DNA from: Felis catus | Taxonomy: Eukaryota | Reading direction: 5' to 3' | Assembly: GCF_018350175.1 (NCBI RefSeq) | Contig: NC_058368.1 | Location: 1,674,001-1,738,000, forward strand | Length of the DNA stretch: 64,000 nucleotides | In this document: one piece after another, positions 10,852 to 23,565 of the stretch | How positions within the stretch are numbered: position 1 is the stretch's first letter | Layout of the letters: the number at the start of each line of letters is the position of its first letter | Notes under the pieces: generated by a model | The model's input: the letters and a program-made list of their open reading frames with translations, nothing else | Told to the model about the DNA's origin: nothing | Databases searched by the model: none | Translations under genes and position numbers: made by a program

Positions 10852-13226
10852 ACCTCCACCCCCGCAATGGAATATTACTCAGCAATCAAAAAGAATGAAA
10901 TCTTACTATTTGCAACAACATGGTTGGAAGTAGAGTGTATTATGCTAAGTTGAATAAGTTAGAGAAAGATAATATATGATTTCAATCATGTGGAATTTAA
11001 GAAACAAAACAGATGAACATAGGGGTAGGGAAGGAAAAAATAAGTTAAAAACAGGCAAACCATAAGAGAGTCTTAAATTCAGAGAACAAACTGAGGGTTG
11101 CTGGAGGGGTGTTTGGTGGGCAGATGGGCTAAATGGGTGATGGGCACTAAGAAGGGCACTTGTGGTGAGCAGTGGGTGTTATATGTAAGTGATGAATCAC
11201 TAAATTCTACTCCTGAAACCATTATTACACTATATGTTAACTAACTTGGATTTAAATAAAATTTTAAAAGTTCTTTCTCCCTCTGTCCCTCTCCCACTTG
11301 AGGAATCTATATATATAAAATTTTTTTTTTAATTTTTAAAAATTTAAATAAAAAAAGAAAAAGGAAAATTCAGTCTTGACATTATTTGGATTTTTCAATT
11401 ATATATCATTCTGTCATTCTTACTATATTTTGTTAATTCATTTAATATAGGGTTAAATTATTTTTAACCTTGTGGTGTAATATAAAGCACATAAAAATTG
11501 TACAAAATAATAACATCAGCTCAGTGATTTATCACACAGCAAACACCTATGTCATTACATAGCTTAGATAAATAACATTTAAAGAAGAGAACATAGCACC
11601 TTAGAAGCTCTGCTGAGCCTATCCCAGACCCTGCCCCTCCCACTCTGAAGGGTGACAGGTATCTCCAGAGAAATGGTAAATCACTTCCTAGCTTTTCTAC
11701 ATACTTTAACCAACAACCAGGCATTCCTAAACACTATAATTTAGTTTTGCATTCTTTTAAACATTATATAGGTGGATTCGTACCATGCCTGTTGTTTTGT
11801 GTCTGGTGTCTTTTACTCTATAGCAGTTGGCAATGTTGTTGCATGTAGCTCTGGTTTGTTCATTTTCATTGCTGTGTACTGGTATAACCATACAATGGAA
11901 TATTATTCTCGACCATGAGAAACTGAGGTAAGTTTGTTATAGACCCTAGAGGAAGTACACAGCATACCTGGCAATGCCACCCAGGGAAGTCAAGACAGAT
12001 ACAGGCAGAGAGAGAGGCAGGACCTGGGGCACATGACTTACTAGCATCTGTGGGTGGAGTGTTCTGGGGCTCATGGCGTAAGGCCAGATGGGTCCGTTCA
12101 AACCAAAGAGTAGGGGCGTCAGTAAGCATCATGAGGGTCTGTGTAGGGGGGTGCATAAGGGGAAGGCCTTCGGAGGTGGGGGAGACTGTTTATCACAAGG
12201 ACTTTTGGGGAAGTCCTATCAGGAACTTAGATTTGCTTGGTGCTCTACAGATTGCTGCCTGGGACACATACTTGTGTTAGAGGCTAGTGTTAGTTTTTGG
12301 TCCCAACAGGCCACGTGGCCAAACAAGATGGACGCCAAGGTAGCAGTAGGGCACAGTAGCTTAGCGAAGGTCTGGACAGTGTTTTTCAAATGATTTCTTT
12401 TAGTCTGCAGCGTGTCTGTCTCTTGACCTACTGGGGAAATAATTGGGATTTTATTGAAATCCAATGATCAGGCTGGAGAGAACTGACATCTTTAAGATGT
12501 TTACTTTTCAAATCCGTAAGTACAATACATTCCTCCATTTAGGTCTTTGTAATTTCTTTCAAATACTTTTTAGTTTTAAGTCTAGAGATCTGCATATCTT
12601 TTGTTACATTTATTCCTACACGTTTGATGTTTCTGATGGCATACAGCATAGTTTTAAAATTTTGTTTTCTACTTGTGCATTTCTTGTATGTAGATATACA
12701 GTTGAATTTTAGATAGTGATATTTATCCACTGACCTTATTAATAAACTTACTTTTTCAAATAGTCATCTCTAGATTCTTTTCGGTTATCTAAATACACAT
12801 TTATTCTATCTGCAGATAATGACACTTTTCTTTCTTTCTAGTCAATCTTTATGCTTCTTTCTGTTTGTTTTCTTGCTTCATTACTCTGGCTGTGATGTCC
12901 AGTTCAGTGCTGAATAGAAGTGGTGATATAGTAGGCATTTTTGTTTTTTCCTGAATTCACAGGGTTAAAACTTTTCACAATCTGCCATTATGTATGATGT
13001 TTGCTATTGGATTCTTGTAACTACTCTATCAAATTAAGGAATTTTTACTTTTGTTTCTGGTCAGGCTAAGAATTTTTATCAATTCTTATCAATTTAACTC
13101 CACTTGATTGTGATGTATTATCCTTTTAAAATATCACTGGATTTGATTTGCTAATCATTACCTAAGCATTTTCCCATCCATATTAATGAGAAGGATGAGG
13201 TTTGTATTTTTAAAAATAATGTCTCT

Positions 13227-13430
13227 GGGGGTACCTGGGTGGCTCAGTCAGTTACGCGTCCGACTTCAGCTCAGGTCATGATCTGTCTCACAACTCATAA
13301 GTTTGAGCCCTGCATCGGGCTCTGTGCTGATAGCATGGAGCCTGCTTCAGATTCTCTGTCTTGCTCTCTTTCTCTCTGCCTCTCCCCCACTCGCTCTCTT
13401 TCTCAAAAATAAATAAAACATTTTAAAAAA
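13227..13430 (+). mobile_element. Can-SINE
   Basis: Typical body. TSD aaaaataatgtct / aaaaataacgtct. Confidence 0.9.
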
Positions 13431-14396
13431 TAACGTCTTTGACTTTGTTAACAAGGTTAAGCTGACTTTATATCACAAGTTTGGATACAAGTTTGGATGT
13501 GGTTCCCCCCCCCTCCCCCCCGGAGGAGTTTATGAGATTGGTATTATTTCTTTATTAAACAAATAGAGGAATTTACTAGTAAAGCTGTCTGCATTCAAAG
13601 TTGTCTTTATAGGGAGGGTTTTGTTAAACAGATTCTACTTTTTTAATAATTACAAAATTATTTTGACTTTCTTGTGTCACTTTGGATAAGGTGCTTTTTT
13701 AAGGAATTTGTCATTTTATTCTTATTGATTTTTGTTTGGTTATTATTTTAGCTATTGAGAAGGGTCTGTTAAAAGTTTTTTACTGCAGTTGTAGATTTCT
13801 ACATTTCTTCTTTTAGATTATTAACTTTGCTTTATATTATTTTGAAATTATGTTATTGGTTGCATGAAGATTTAGAGGTATACCCCTGGTAGATTGATCA
13901 GTGTTGTTTTTTTTTGTTTTCAGAGTCATTCATAACTTTATTATCAGAACTTCATTTTTTTTTTTTTTGAGAGTTTTCCTAACGTGTTGAGCTTTGTGTC
14001 TTTTAAGTCCAAAGAGTTGTTTTGTTTTGTCTTTACTTCTCTTAGAAGATCTTGAATTGACTTTACATGATGAATACAGCTATTTGGGGCCCTGATGAGT
14101 TAGCCATACTCTTTTAGCTTTAGAAACTTCTCTACAGGACATTTAGAATAAGTTCTCAAGAGCTGCCCTGGAGGGCATTCAGAAACCCTCCAGAGTTTAT
14201 TCTCAAAACTCTTTTTCTATCCAAGCTGAAATCCCAAGGTCAGACTCATCTTCCATGACATAATTCTCTCCTATCTCTGGAAGGAATTTCTGTCTCCCTA
14301 GGCATCTGCTAGTATCCTGAAATCCCCTCCACCAGCATTCCCAAGGGTCTCAACAAAGGTATCTTCATTGTTTCTCCTGGGAAGCTGCAAAGAGGA

Positions 14397-15039
14397 TTTT
14401 TCTTTTTTCTTTTTTTTTTTTAATTTTTTAAAATTTACATCCAAATTAGTTAGCATATAGAGCAACAATGATTTCGGGAATAGATTCCTTAGCGCCCCTT
14501 ACCCATTTAGCCCATCCCCCTCCCACAACCCCTCCAGTAACCCTCAGTTTGTTCTCCATATTTATGAATCTCTTATGTTTTGTCCCCCTCCCTGTTTTTA
14601 TATTACTTTTCTTTGCCTTCCCTTATGTTCATCTGTTTTGTGTCTTAAAGCCCTCATATGAGTGAAGTCCTATGATTTTTGTCTTTCTCTGACTGACTAA
14701 TTTCACTTAGCGTAATACCCTCCAGTTCCATCCACAGAGTTGCAAATGGCAAGATTTCATTCTTTTTGATTGCCGAGTAACACTCCATTGTATATATATA
14801 CCATATCTCCTTTATCCATTCATCTCTTGATGGACACTTGGACTCTTTCCATACTTTGGCTGTTGTTGATAGTGCTGCTATAAACATGGGATGCAAGTGT
14901 CCCTTCGAAAGAGCACACCTGTATCCCTTGGATAAATGCCTAGTAGTGCAGTTGCTGGGTGGTAGGGTAGTTCTATTTTTAGTTTTTTGAGGAACCTCCA
15001 TACTGTTTTCCAGAGTGGCTGCACCAGCTTGCATTCCCA
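14397..15039 (-). mobile_element. Young feline-type L1 3' fragment (ORF2 C-terminus, 3' UTR, poly(A))
   Basis: ORF 14654..15040 (-) ends with PMFIAALSTTAKVWKESKCPS..WIKEIWYIYTMECYSAIKKNEILPFAT. Poly(T) at about 14397-14429. Confidence 0.93.
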
Positions 15040-15935
15040 AGTGGTATTTTTATTTTCACTTTACTTTTGATGATTCTGTGTTGTTAATTTAAGGTGTGTC
15101 TCTTGTAAGCAATACAAAGTTGAGTTTCAAACTGAGTATAGATATCTCTAGAATGCCTTACCCCAGTCTGGTTTAGATTCTCTGCCACTGCATTCTTGTG
15201 TTCCTTTGTAATAGTTCTTACACGAACTTAATTTACTGGTCTGCATCCCCTGTAAGGGCATGAACCATATTTTGTTTATCCTTTTTTAGCCCCTGAATAT
15301 TTGGTATATAATGTCTGACATCTAGTAGACATTCAACAAGTGTCAGTGGTTTCCAGATCATTAGCTTGGAGCCCTCACACCCTCATTAGCCATGTCTCCA
15401 GGCTCCTTTGTTGTGGGTGGGGCTGGGGACAGAGGGCCATTCAAAGGGGGGCCGGGCAGGCAGGGCTTCAAGTCCTCTCTTTCCACTGCAAGCAGAAGTG
15501 CTCTTTTATGTCAAAGATAAAATGAAAGATTCTACCTGAAGAAAGAGATCTTTTGCTTTAATGTTTTTAAATTATTTGTCCAGGCCAGTGGCTTTGAAAC
15601 ATTTTTGAACCAGAACCTCAGACATTTATTTTACATAGTTTACAGAAACATGTTGCATGAAACAATCGTTGCCCTTATTATGTGTATTGCCCTTTAGTAT
15701 TTTCTTTTTCTCTTTTTTTAAATAAAGGTCATGATCCACTAAACTGATTTCAGTTGACCTCAATTTGAAAGAAAGTCTTGGTGAAGTGGGTTTTGCTGTC
15801 AATAAAAATTGGGTTTCAAATTTTCACTTGACAGTTTTCTAGCTGTGTGATCTCAGATCTTCCGTTTTCCTATCTGTAAAACAGAGAGCATGCCTGTCTT
15901 TCAGGGTTGTTGTGGGGATTAAATGTGATAATGCT

Positions 15936-16177
15936 GGAGCGCCTGGGTGGCTCAGTCGGTTAAGCATCTGGCTCTTGATTTCGGCTCAGGTCATGATCTC
16001 GAGGTTCATGGGGTCGAGCCCTGCGCCAGGCTCTATGCTGACAGCGCAGAGCCTGCTTGGGACTCTCTCTCCCTCTCTCTCTGCCCCTCCCCTGCTCACG
16101 TGCATGTGTGCACTCTCTCTCTCTCTCTCTCTCTCTTGCTCTCTCTAGAAAACTAAGCATTAAAAAAAAAAACTATT
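15936..16177 (+). mobile_element. Can-SINE inserted in a MIR-like relic (about 15780-16230)
   Basis: TSD ..gtgataatgct. Flanks show MIR core motifs (ttttcctatctgtaaaa, tcagggttgttgtggggattaaat). Confidence 0.88.
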
Positions 16178-16705
16178 AAGCGTGATAATGCTTATAAAGG
16201 AATTAATGCAGTGCCTGATATATAGTTAAAAACAAACGTTCTGTGTCCTTTGGGGAACAGATCTATAATCGTCAAGTTTGGACACAAAACTTAAACATAC
16301 TCTACAAATTCTATAGAATTTTTCTCACCATCAGAGCATTTAAGATGAAAAAATACATAGAAATACTTTTACCTGTTACAAATTAAAATTGTTTTAGTAG
16401 TTAAATTAAAAATGAGACTATGGATATAAATCCAGTTTCATTTAAAATACCATAAATAATTAGAAGTGACAACAAGCTAATGAAAAGTTGGGTAAAGAAA
16501 TCAGTAGTTGAGTAAAAAAAAAAAAAATCAGTTTAGAACTGAAGAATTTAGTAACTTACTGCCTGCATCGGAAGAAATCAAGTGCTTAGCCTTAGATAGT
16601 GCTAGGGACACTTTAAATTTTTTTTGAAAAGTCAGTTTTAAGGAAGCCACCAACAACATAAAAATGCCAAAACAAAGTAACTTTTTTTTATGCTTTACAT
16701 CATAG

Positions 16706-16805
16706 GTGTGTTGAAGTTGTGAAAGCCTCTCAGTATGTAGAGCTAGCAAATGATCTGGAAATAAACAAAGCAATTACATACTTGAGACAAAAGGACTTTA
16801 ACCAA
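16706..16805 (+). CDS. IFT88: IFT88 coding exon A (first in window), 100 bp: (W)CVEVVKASQYVELANDLEINKAITYLRQKDFNQ
   Basis: Acceptor catag at 16701-16705 and donor gtaagt at 16806. Translation matches recalled mammalian IFT88 (CVEVVKASQYVELANDLEINKA). Phase 2 to phase 0. Confidence 0.96.
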
Positions 16806-18044
16806 GTAAGTTTTTTAAAGTTTTAGATGTTTTATATGTTAATTGGTCAAAGCAATAATATTGGGAAACTGCTTCTAGAATATTGTTATCTGTGATTATT
16901 CTGAAGTTGGGTAATATTTTTATTTGTGTTAACATAATTTCTATTAATGTAGTATTTAATTTTGACCTGTTTGTCCTCTTTGTCCCAGCGTAAATACTTG
17001 TCACGTAACGCATGGTTCCTAAATTACTAAACCATGTTCTAGTCCAGAGAACAACTTTTCCCCTAGAGGTTTTCAAACTGTTCTCTAAACCTGTAAGGTT
17101 TTTTAGAGTCAGGGAAGGCCAAGAGCCCAACTAGCAGCATGGTGCTTCCATCGTCCTGTCTTCACCAGAGAGCTTTCCCGTGACCTGTTTTGTGTATTTG
17201 GTTTACTCTGGAACATTGCTTTGGGCATAAAAGGGTCCCATTGCTAAGCACAATTTCACAGTCCTCCAGGACATCTTGCTGGTATCACTGCTGCCTTGCT
17301 GCCTTGGGTCAAGATGGAATGGGTGCTCCCCACTCCGTAGTCTTTAAAATATTTTGTGTTCCATTTGCATTTTCAAGATTTTAATTAGTTTACTTATGTT
17401 TTAAAAATGTAATTTCTGCTTTCTTTTCAACATTGCTGCTTTGACTTTGTGTTTCTTTTGTTTGTATATTGTAAGTATGATGAGGTGGGTATAATAAACC
17501 TTAGTTGAAAGGAACACTGTGAGGTTAAAAGGGATTGGGTTGACATAACTCATAATGACCATTTGACGAGGACTACTTTATTTACAATTCAAGTAAAAGA
17601 GAAAAATATATGCCTTCTAATATGAGGTTATAATTCTGTAGCTAAGTAAAGATGCTGAAATCTCAGAGTGTGGTTCTTTGTGATGGTAGTTCTGCTTTGT
17701 AGTCACCTTTGTAATAGAGCAAAAATCCATAAAAAGCCAAAGGTAGATGAAATGAAGTAGTTTGGGCTGAAGGCCCGTGATCATGTGTGGACAGATGCAG
17801 TGGAATGCAGAAACCAGTAGCTTAGATGGCATCAGTCGGGAAAGAAAGCCAAAATGAAAATATATCTATTTTCCTAATTGTTTGTGGGGGGAAGAAAAGA
17901 AAACACAACCCAAATTAACAATGTTTTTTCCATTATTTGTTTTGCTATTTATAGCTAAATTTAATTTTATTGGTACACTTTTATCAGTTTCACTTGTAAA
18001 GGAATCGATGTTATAATATTTTATTTTGATTAATTAAATGTTTA

Positions 18045-19740
18045 CAGATTTTTATTTTTATGTAATTTCCACACCCAACATGAGACTCGAACTCACAACC
18101 CTGAGATCAAGAGTCACACGCTCCACTGATTGAGCCACCCAGGCATCCCTATAATATATTTTATTTTTAAAAACAGTAATATTGGGGGTTGCCTAGCTGG
18201 CTCAGTTGGTAGAGCATGTGGCTTTTGATCTCAGGGTCATGGGTTCAAGCCCCACATTGGTCGTGGAGCCTACTTAAAAAAAAATTTAAAAACAAATATT
18301 GGCTATGCATTCATTGAACGTGTAAAAGAACGGTTTTGAAAACCACCCATTTCAAAGCAAAAAATCTTGAAAATATTCCTTTTATTAGAATAGTTACATA
18401 GCACTTTTAGAATAGTTTAGAAATTTTAAATATGAAATCTTTTTATTCTCTCAGATGTTTTTAAATGAATGTTTTAAAGTTCAAAATATTTCTGTTATTT
18501 TAAATAGCACTGCATCATTTTTTACATATTATTTGAATTCATAGTAACCTTTTGGGGGAGGAGAATAACTTGGTGTTATATGTAGTCTTAAAGTCTTGTT
18601 AACAGTGAGCCGCAAATTAATAAAGATGAAAATTTTAAAATCTAAGACACTTAAAAAACATTTTTTTTAAGTTTCTTTATTTTAAGAGAGAAAGAGATAG
18701 TGTGAGTGGGGGAGGGAGAGAAAAGGGAGAGAGAAAGGGATAGTGTGAGTGGGGGAGGGAGAGAGGGGGAGAGAGAAAAGGAGAGAAAGAATCCCAAGCA
18801 GGCTATGCGCTGCGAGTGCAGAGCCCAATGCAGGGCTTGAACTCACAAAACCACAAGATCATGACCTGAGCCAAAACCAAGAGCTGGATGCTTAACCAAC
18901 TGAGCCACCCAGGCGCCACATCTAAGACACTTTATTAATAGCTTTATTAATAGTATGAATAGCTGTTTCTAAAAGGAATGATGTAAGCTAAACTACTATA
19001 TGGCATTGCATTTTTTTAATTGTTGTTAGCTTGCTTTGATAATCTACTTACAGATTTCATAAATATCGGAAAACTGATTATTTTCTCTCTACACTTTACT
19101 TTTGAGAATTTAATGGATACATGAGTTACACCTATTCATGTGCCTTATATTTTAAATTAACACATACATTTATTTTGACACAATCTAAAACTAAAGTTTA
19201 AAACCTCAGAATTCTTACTCAAAGGGAAATGTATCTTATAAAACTTAGAGATTCAAAACAGCAGTGACTTTTACATTAATAGCCATGGACGTTGTATAAA
19301 GAGTCAATGAGATAACTCCTATAGGATGAACAACATAAGTAGCAATAATTTCTGAAGTGCGTTTTAGGAGCTTCTTGGCGATTCTGCAGAAGATCCTTCC
19401 AAGAAAGTAAGTGAGAAAGAGAATCTCAAAAGTGAGCATATGATGTTGGGGTCTTTTTTCTTCTTTGTGGAATTATGAACTACTAGCCTAGAAACTTCAG
19501 TGATTTTCTTTAATCAAAAACCTTTGAAAAGAGGGGCACCTGGGTGACTCAGTCGGTTGAGCATGTGACTCTTGATTTTGGCTCAGATCATGATATCATG
19601 GTCATGGGGTTGAGCCCTGCATTGGGCTCTGCGCTGGGCACGGAGCCTGCTTGCGATTCTCGCTCTCCCTCTCCCTTTTCGTCTGCCCCTCCCCTGCACG
19701 TGCACTCTCTCTCTCAGAAAACAAACGAACAAAAAAACTT
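18045..19740. mobile_element. Four Can-SINEs: 18045-18149 (-), 18184-18290 (+), 18661-18918 (-), 19533-19740 (+)
   Basis: tRNA-derived heads (ggg..cctgggtggctcag) and A-rich tails. The 18661 copy has TSD atctaagacactt. Confidence 0.88.
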
Positions 19741-20955
19741 GAAAAGAATAATTACTTCTATTGGAACCTACATATGTAGAATGTATCCTTAAAAAAATTG
19801 AGTCAGCACACTAAATGGTGCTATATTCAAGGCTTCGTTTGAGGTCAGACACTTTCACAGCACACAGATTTGTCAAGATATTTTCACTAGCAGCAGCTTG
19901 TGAGCATCGTAAAAACTAAAGCAGTGTTTTTGGTTGGACTCCACTCTCTCCAAAAGCAGAAAGTGCCCAAAGCCATGCATTTTCTGTTCAGTATATGTAT
20001 CTTGAAGGAAGGAAGGAAAACCCATTGCCTTTACCTGCTTTTTTTCCTGTTATTTCTCAGGCGTTTCTAGATTGAGTACTCACTCACTTTTCATGTAAGG
20101 TGTCTGACCATTCCAAATATCCTGTTTGGTTAGGATGGTCTCAGACCTGCCAAGTGGTTAAAAATGTACTTTCATTTCTCATGGCTTGAAAATATAATTA
20201 TATTTGGAACTACTTGAGATAATTTTTTGTCGTAGTCCCAGAATTAGTTTCTGTCATCAGTTTTGGAAAAATTCTCGACCATTAGTCTTTCTTTCCTTTC
20301 TGGAGTTCCAGTTATGTTTGTCTTAGACCTTTTTGCTATGTTCCCATATGTCTCTTTTTTTCATCTGAGACCTTTTTTTTCATCTCTTCTTTTCCTTTGC
20401 TTATTTAGTCTGAACATTTTCTGGGATCTTGACCTTCAGATCCTGGTTGTCTCAGTAGTGCTGTAGTGCCTTCCAAAGATATTTTTAGTATTTGAATATA
20501 AATTTTCTAATTGTTCTCTGTAGAATGGTCTTCTGTAGGCTGATCTCTGATAGCCAAAAGCAGAAATTCTGATTTGCAAAGAGTAAATTTGATTGTGTCC
20601 TTTAGGTAAAAACCTCACTTACACCCCATTATGCGGGATAGACACTAAACCGTGTCATAAGACTCACAAGGCCCGATATTTACTACTGTCTGGCTGTACC
20701 TACCCTACTGTGAAACCTCTCGGTTAAGTTCTTCATTTCAGTTATTGCACTCTTAGTTTTGCTGTGTCCTTTTTTATAAATGCCGATTCTCGGATGAAAT
20801 TCTCGTTCTGTCGTCTGTTTTCTTGACCATATCAGTCCATTCCCTTTGTGTCCTCCCCTGGTGTGACACTCAAGACACAATGGTCTTTACAGCAGCCTTA
20901 AGCCCGGATACTGTCCTATTACAATGATCGTAACGTCCAGATATTTCATTTCTAG

Positions 20956-21042
20956 GCTGTGGAGACCTTAAAAATGTTTGAAAAAAAGGACAGTAGAGTG
21001 AAAAGTGCAGCTGCAACCAACCTCTCATTTCTGTATTATTTG
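20956..21042 (+). CDS. IFT88: IFT88 coding exon B, 87 bp: AVETLKMFEKKDSRVKSAAATNLSFLYYL
   Basis: Acceptor tttctag and donor gtaagt. In frame with exon A. Matches IFT88 KKDSRVKSAAATNLS. Symmetric phase 0-0. Confidence 0.96.
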
Positions 21043-21960
21043 GTAAGTTCCGGTTCTTTTACAACGAAGAGTGGATAATGTGGTATTTTTATGTTGCTAA
21101 ATTTCTCCCCGAAGAGCACGGCTAGAGAGAAGCTCCAAAGAAGACTGGTAGAGAATGTTAGTAGAATGGGGTGCCTAGAGGTCTGATCACGACAAGTTCT
21201 GGGCCAGGGGTTGAGAGGACCATCTCAGAAGAAGAAGGGAAGGAGAAAAATTATGGTGGGTAAACGTCACTCAGAAGATTACAGTGCGGATCTGCGCGGT
21301 GGGCTAGAGATCGGTTTCAGCACCATGTTAGTAGTAAAGAAAGTGATGGCTCAGGTTACATGATTTACGTAAGGTGCAGTGTCATCTATAAGAAGCATAC
21401 TTTGAGCATCTGCCGGATCCCAGTCATGGGGAATACCAAAAGTCTAAAAGCTCACTAAAAGGGAGCTTCTTAATTTGGAACAAAGGAGGCATGCGGGTGG
21501 ACTCAGACGGAAGAAAGGAAGGTTGGTTGAAAGTAGAGATAATAAGTGTTTCAGAAATTCAGAGAAGGCACAAAACATTTTAATTTTGGGGAGACTAAAG
21601 GGATGAACAAAAGCACAGAGACAGGAAAGGTGGGAGAGGATGTGAACATAAGGATCACTATATTTAGTTAAACCACATTCTCAGTTCCTCTTGGAACTTC
21701 TGGTTGGTGCGCCACTGAGAATCACTGCCGTGCTGAACTACTGTTAACGGTGGAAATTTTACCCCTACTCTGTGGTGATGGAAAAGAGACCAAGACCACT
21801 GGTGAGGAATAACAGCAGTATTTTAAGCCTACTGGCAAGAGAGTGGTGCCAGGTGCAGGTTGAGAGGAGGCTGCAGATTAGGGAGAAAGATGCTGAGTTT
21901 TTTTCTAATATGTTTTTAAGATTTTTTGTAGCAGTGGTAATATATGTATATATATATATT

Positions 21961-22164
21961 TATTAAAAAAATTTTTTTATGTTTATTCTTGAGAGAGAGA
22001 GAGAGATGGAGTGTGAGTGGGGGAGGGAGACACAGAATCCGAAGCAGTCTCCAGGCTCCGAGCTGTCAGCACAGAGCCCGACGCGGGGCTTGAACTCACG
22101 AACTGTGAGATCATGACTTGAGCCGAAGTTGGAGGCTCAACCGACTGAACCACCCAGGAGCCCC
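21961..22164 (-). mobile_element. Can-SINE
   Basis: Typical body. TSD cagtggtaatatat / cagtggtgatatat. Confidence 0.9.
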
Positions 22165-22287
22165 TACAGTGGTGATATATTTAAATAGTAATGGCCAACA
22201 AGCATGTGGAACTGATCTCAGATGGGAAATCGGGGATAGAGATGATTTGATGATTGTCTGCGTAGAGGTCAGAGCTTTGATAATAGA

Positions 22288-22635
22288 TGCTATGGGCTGA
22301 TCGTGCGTGTCCTCCTACCCCAACCAAATTTATATGTTGAAGCCCAAATGTGACTGTATTTGGAGGGACTTGGAGAGATACTTAGGGTTAGATGAAGTCA
22401 TGAGAGCAGGTCCCCTGATGGGATTAGCGCCCTTATTAGAAGAGAAGGAACCAGAGCCCTCTCCCCGTGAGGACACAGCAAGATGTCCTCCTGCAAACCA
22501 AGAAGTGGCTCTCAGCAGACACCACATTGGCCAGCACCTTGATCTGGGATCTCCCAGCCTCCAGAACTATGAGAAATAAACGTTTGCTGTTTAAGCCAGT
22601 CTGTGGTATTTGCTATAGCAGCCTGAACTAAGACG
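22288..22635 (+). mobile_element. MaLR solo LTR (MLT1A-like)
   Basis: Begins tgctatggg and ends ctaagac(g). Contains typical MLT1A motifs (cccagcctccagaactatgagaaataaa). Perfect 5-bp TSD ataga at 22283-22287 and 22636-22640. Confidence 0.88.
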
Positions 22636-22904
22636 ATAGAGGGTATCTCCAGGGGCGAGAGTGTAGCACAGAACTGAGAACTGACTTTGGGATTCACATA
22701 CATTAAAGAGGCAAAAATAAGAATCAGATCAAGAAGATGGGAAAGGAACTACAGTCTGATGCCTTTGAAGTAAAGGAAAAAAGGAAGGCACAAAGAGGAA
22801 GTATACAACATTGAAATCAGAGAGGTAGTCCATGAGAATGAAGGCTAGGAGAGCACTTTTGCTGGTGAGACAGCAAACTCCGAGCTGGAGATTAGCCAGA
22901 ATGC

Positions 22905-23280
22905 AGTTTCCGGGGCAGATCTCTTTGGATTAGTACGTCAGTGAGAAGGGTTGGAAGCGCCACAGAGTGGAGGAGGGGGAAATTGGGCTGTGATGCAGTC
23001 ACCACAGTCCTTAGCCAATCCTGCAGGACCCCCTGACTTGGGATGGCTGTGCAGCCCTGTCCCCCACTGTGGTGAGGGGGACGGGCCTTCGTGCCTCCGC
23101 ATCAACCAGTCACTGGAGTCAGCCTGCTCACCAGGAAGGGGGCGCAGCTTTGGGCAAGGCACCTCTTTCTCATGGGGCTAGAGTAAGTCACAGAGTGGGC
23201 TGACAGCTGAGGCCGTGGCCAGCAGCATTCCCAGCACTTCTGAAGGACAGGTCTGGGGGCTGAAGCCTGGTCTCCATTGC
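22905..23280. mobile_element. Old ERVL-type LTR (LTR16-like)
   Basis: Recalled LTR16-type motifs (gggctgtgatgcagtc, catcaaccagtcactgga, gggcaaggcacctct). Confidence 0.45.
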
Positions 23281-23565
23281 AGTCATTACATTTGAATTTA
23301 GAAAATCACTTGTAAATTTCGTGCAAATGGTTTAATTAGCGACCAGATCTTGACCAAGTTTGATGAATGTGTGGGAGGAGACCAAGAAGATTTTTTAAAA
23401 AGAAAGAAAAATAGCTAGATTTAGGCGACTGAGCAGAGCTATCAGAGTATCTGATCAATAGTTTGTTGCACGTAGTTCTTGGGAAAATGGTTATTTTGAG
23501 GCAACGTAATGGGCCTGGTATATGATATATATTGAACATATATTATCGGTACCTAGTATGTGGTT

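Larger units (their letters stand above)
6766..11269 (+). mobile_element. 5'-truncated carnivore-type LINE-1 (end of ORF1, whole but disrupted ORF2, 3' UTR), about 4.5 kb
   Basis: Several ORF2 fragments in the track (7102, 7903, 8987, 9268, 9723, 10159, 10720), e.g. [17 protein letters not shown] and MEYYSAIKKNEILLFATTW. The 3' UTR ends in an A-rich tail at about 11255-11269. Confidence 0.95.
6633..11360 (+). mobile_element. Older Can-SINE split by the L1 insertion (head 6633-6765, tail about 11270-11360)
   Basis: The SINE body stops at cttaagactctctctctc and resumes as ttctttctccctctgtccctctccc plus an A-rich tail after the L1. Confidence 0.7.
11390..15130 (-). mobile_element. Ancient L1 (L1M/L1ME-like) fragments, interrupted by an LTR-like segment (about 11925-12410), a SINE and the young L1 insertion
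   Basis: Degenerate antisense ORF2 motifs such as ttgaatagaagtggtga and tttaaggtgtgtctcttgtaagca. Confidence 0.6.

Noticed and set aside
7102..10953. L1 ORF2 as a functional reverse transcriptase
   Set aside because: Multiple stops and frameshifts, a SINE insertion, 5' truncation and loss of the FADD motif.
14335..15045. Direct repeat gcattcccaag at about 14335 and 15031
   Set aside because: The right copy is mostly L1 sequence and the left copy is not adjacent to the poly(A), so it does not fit TSD geometry. Probably chance.
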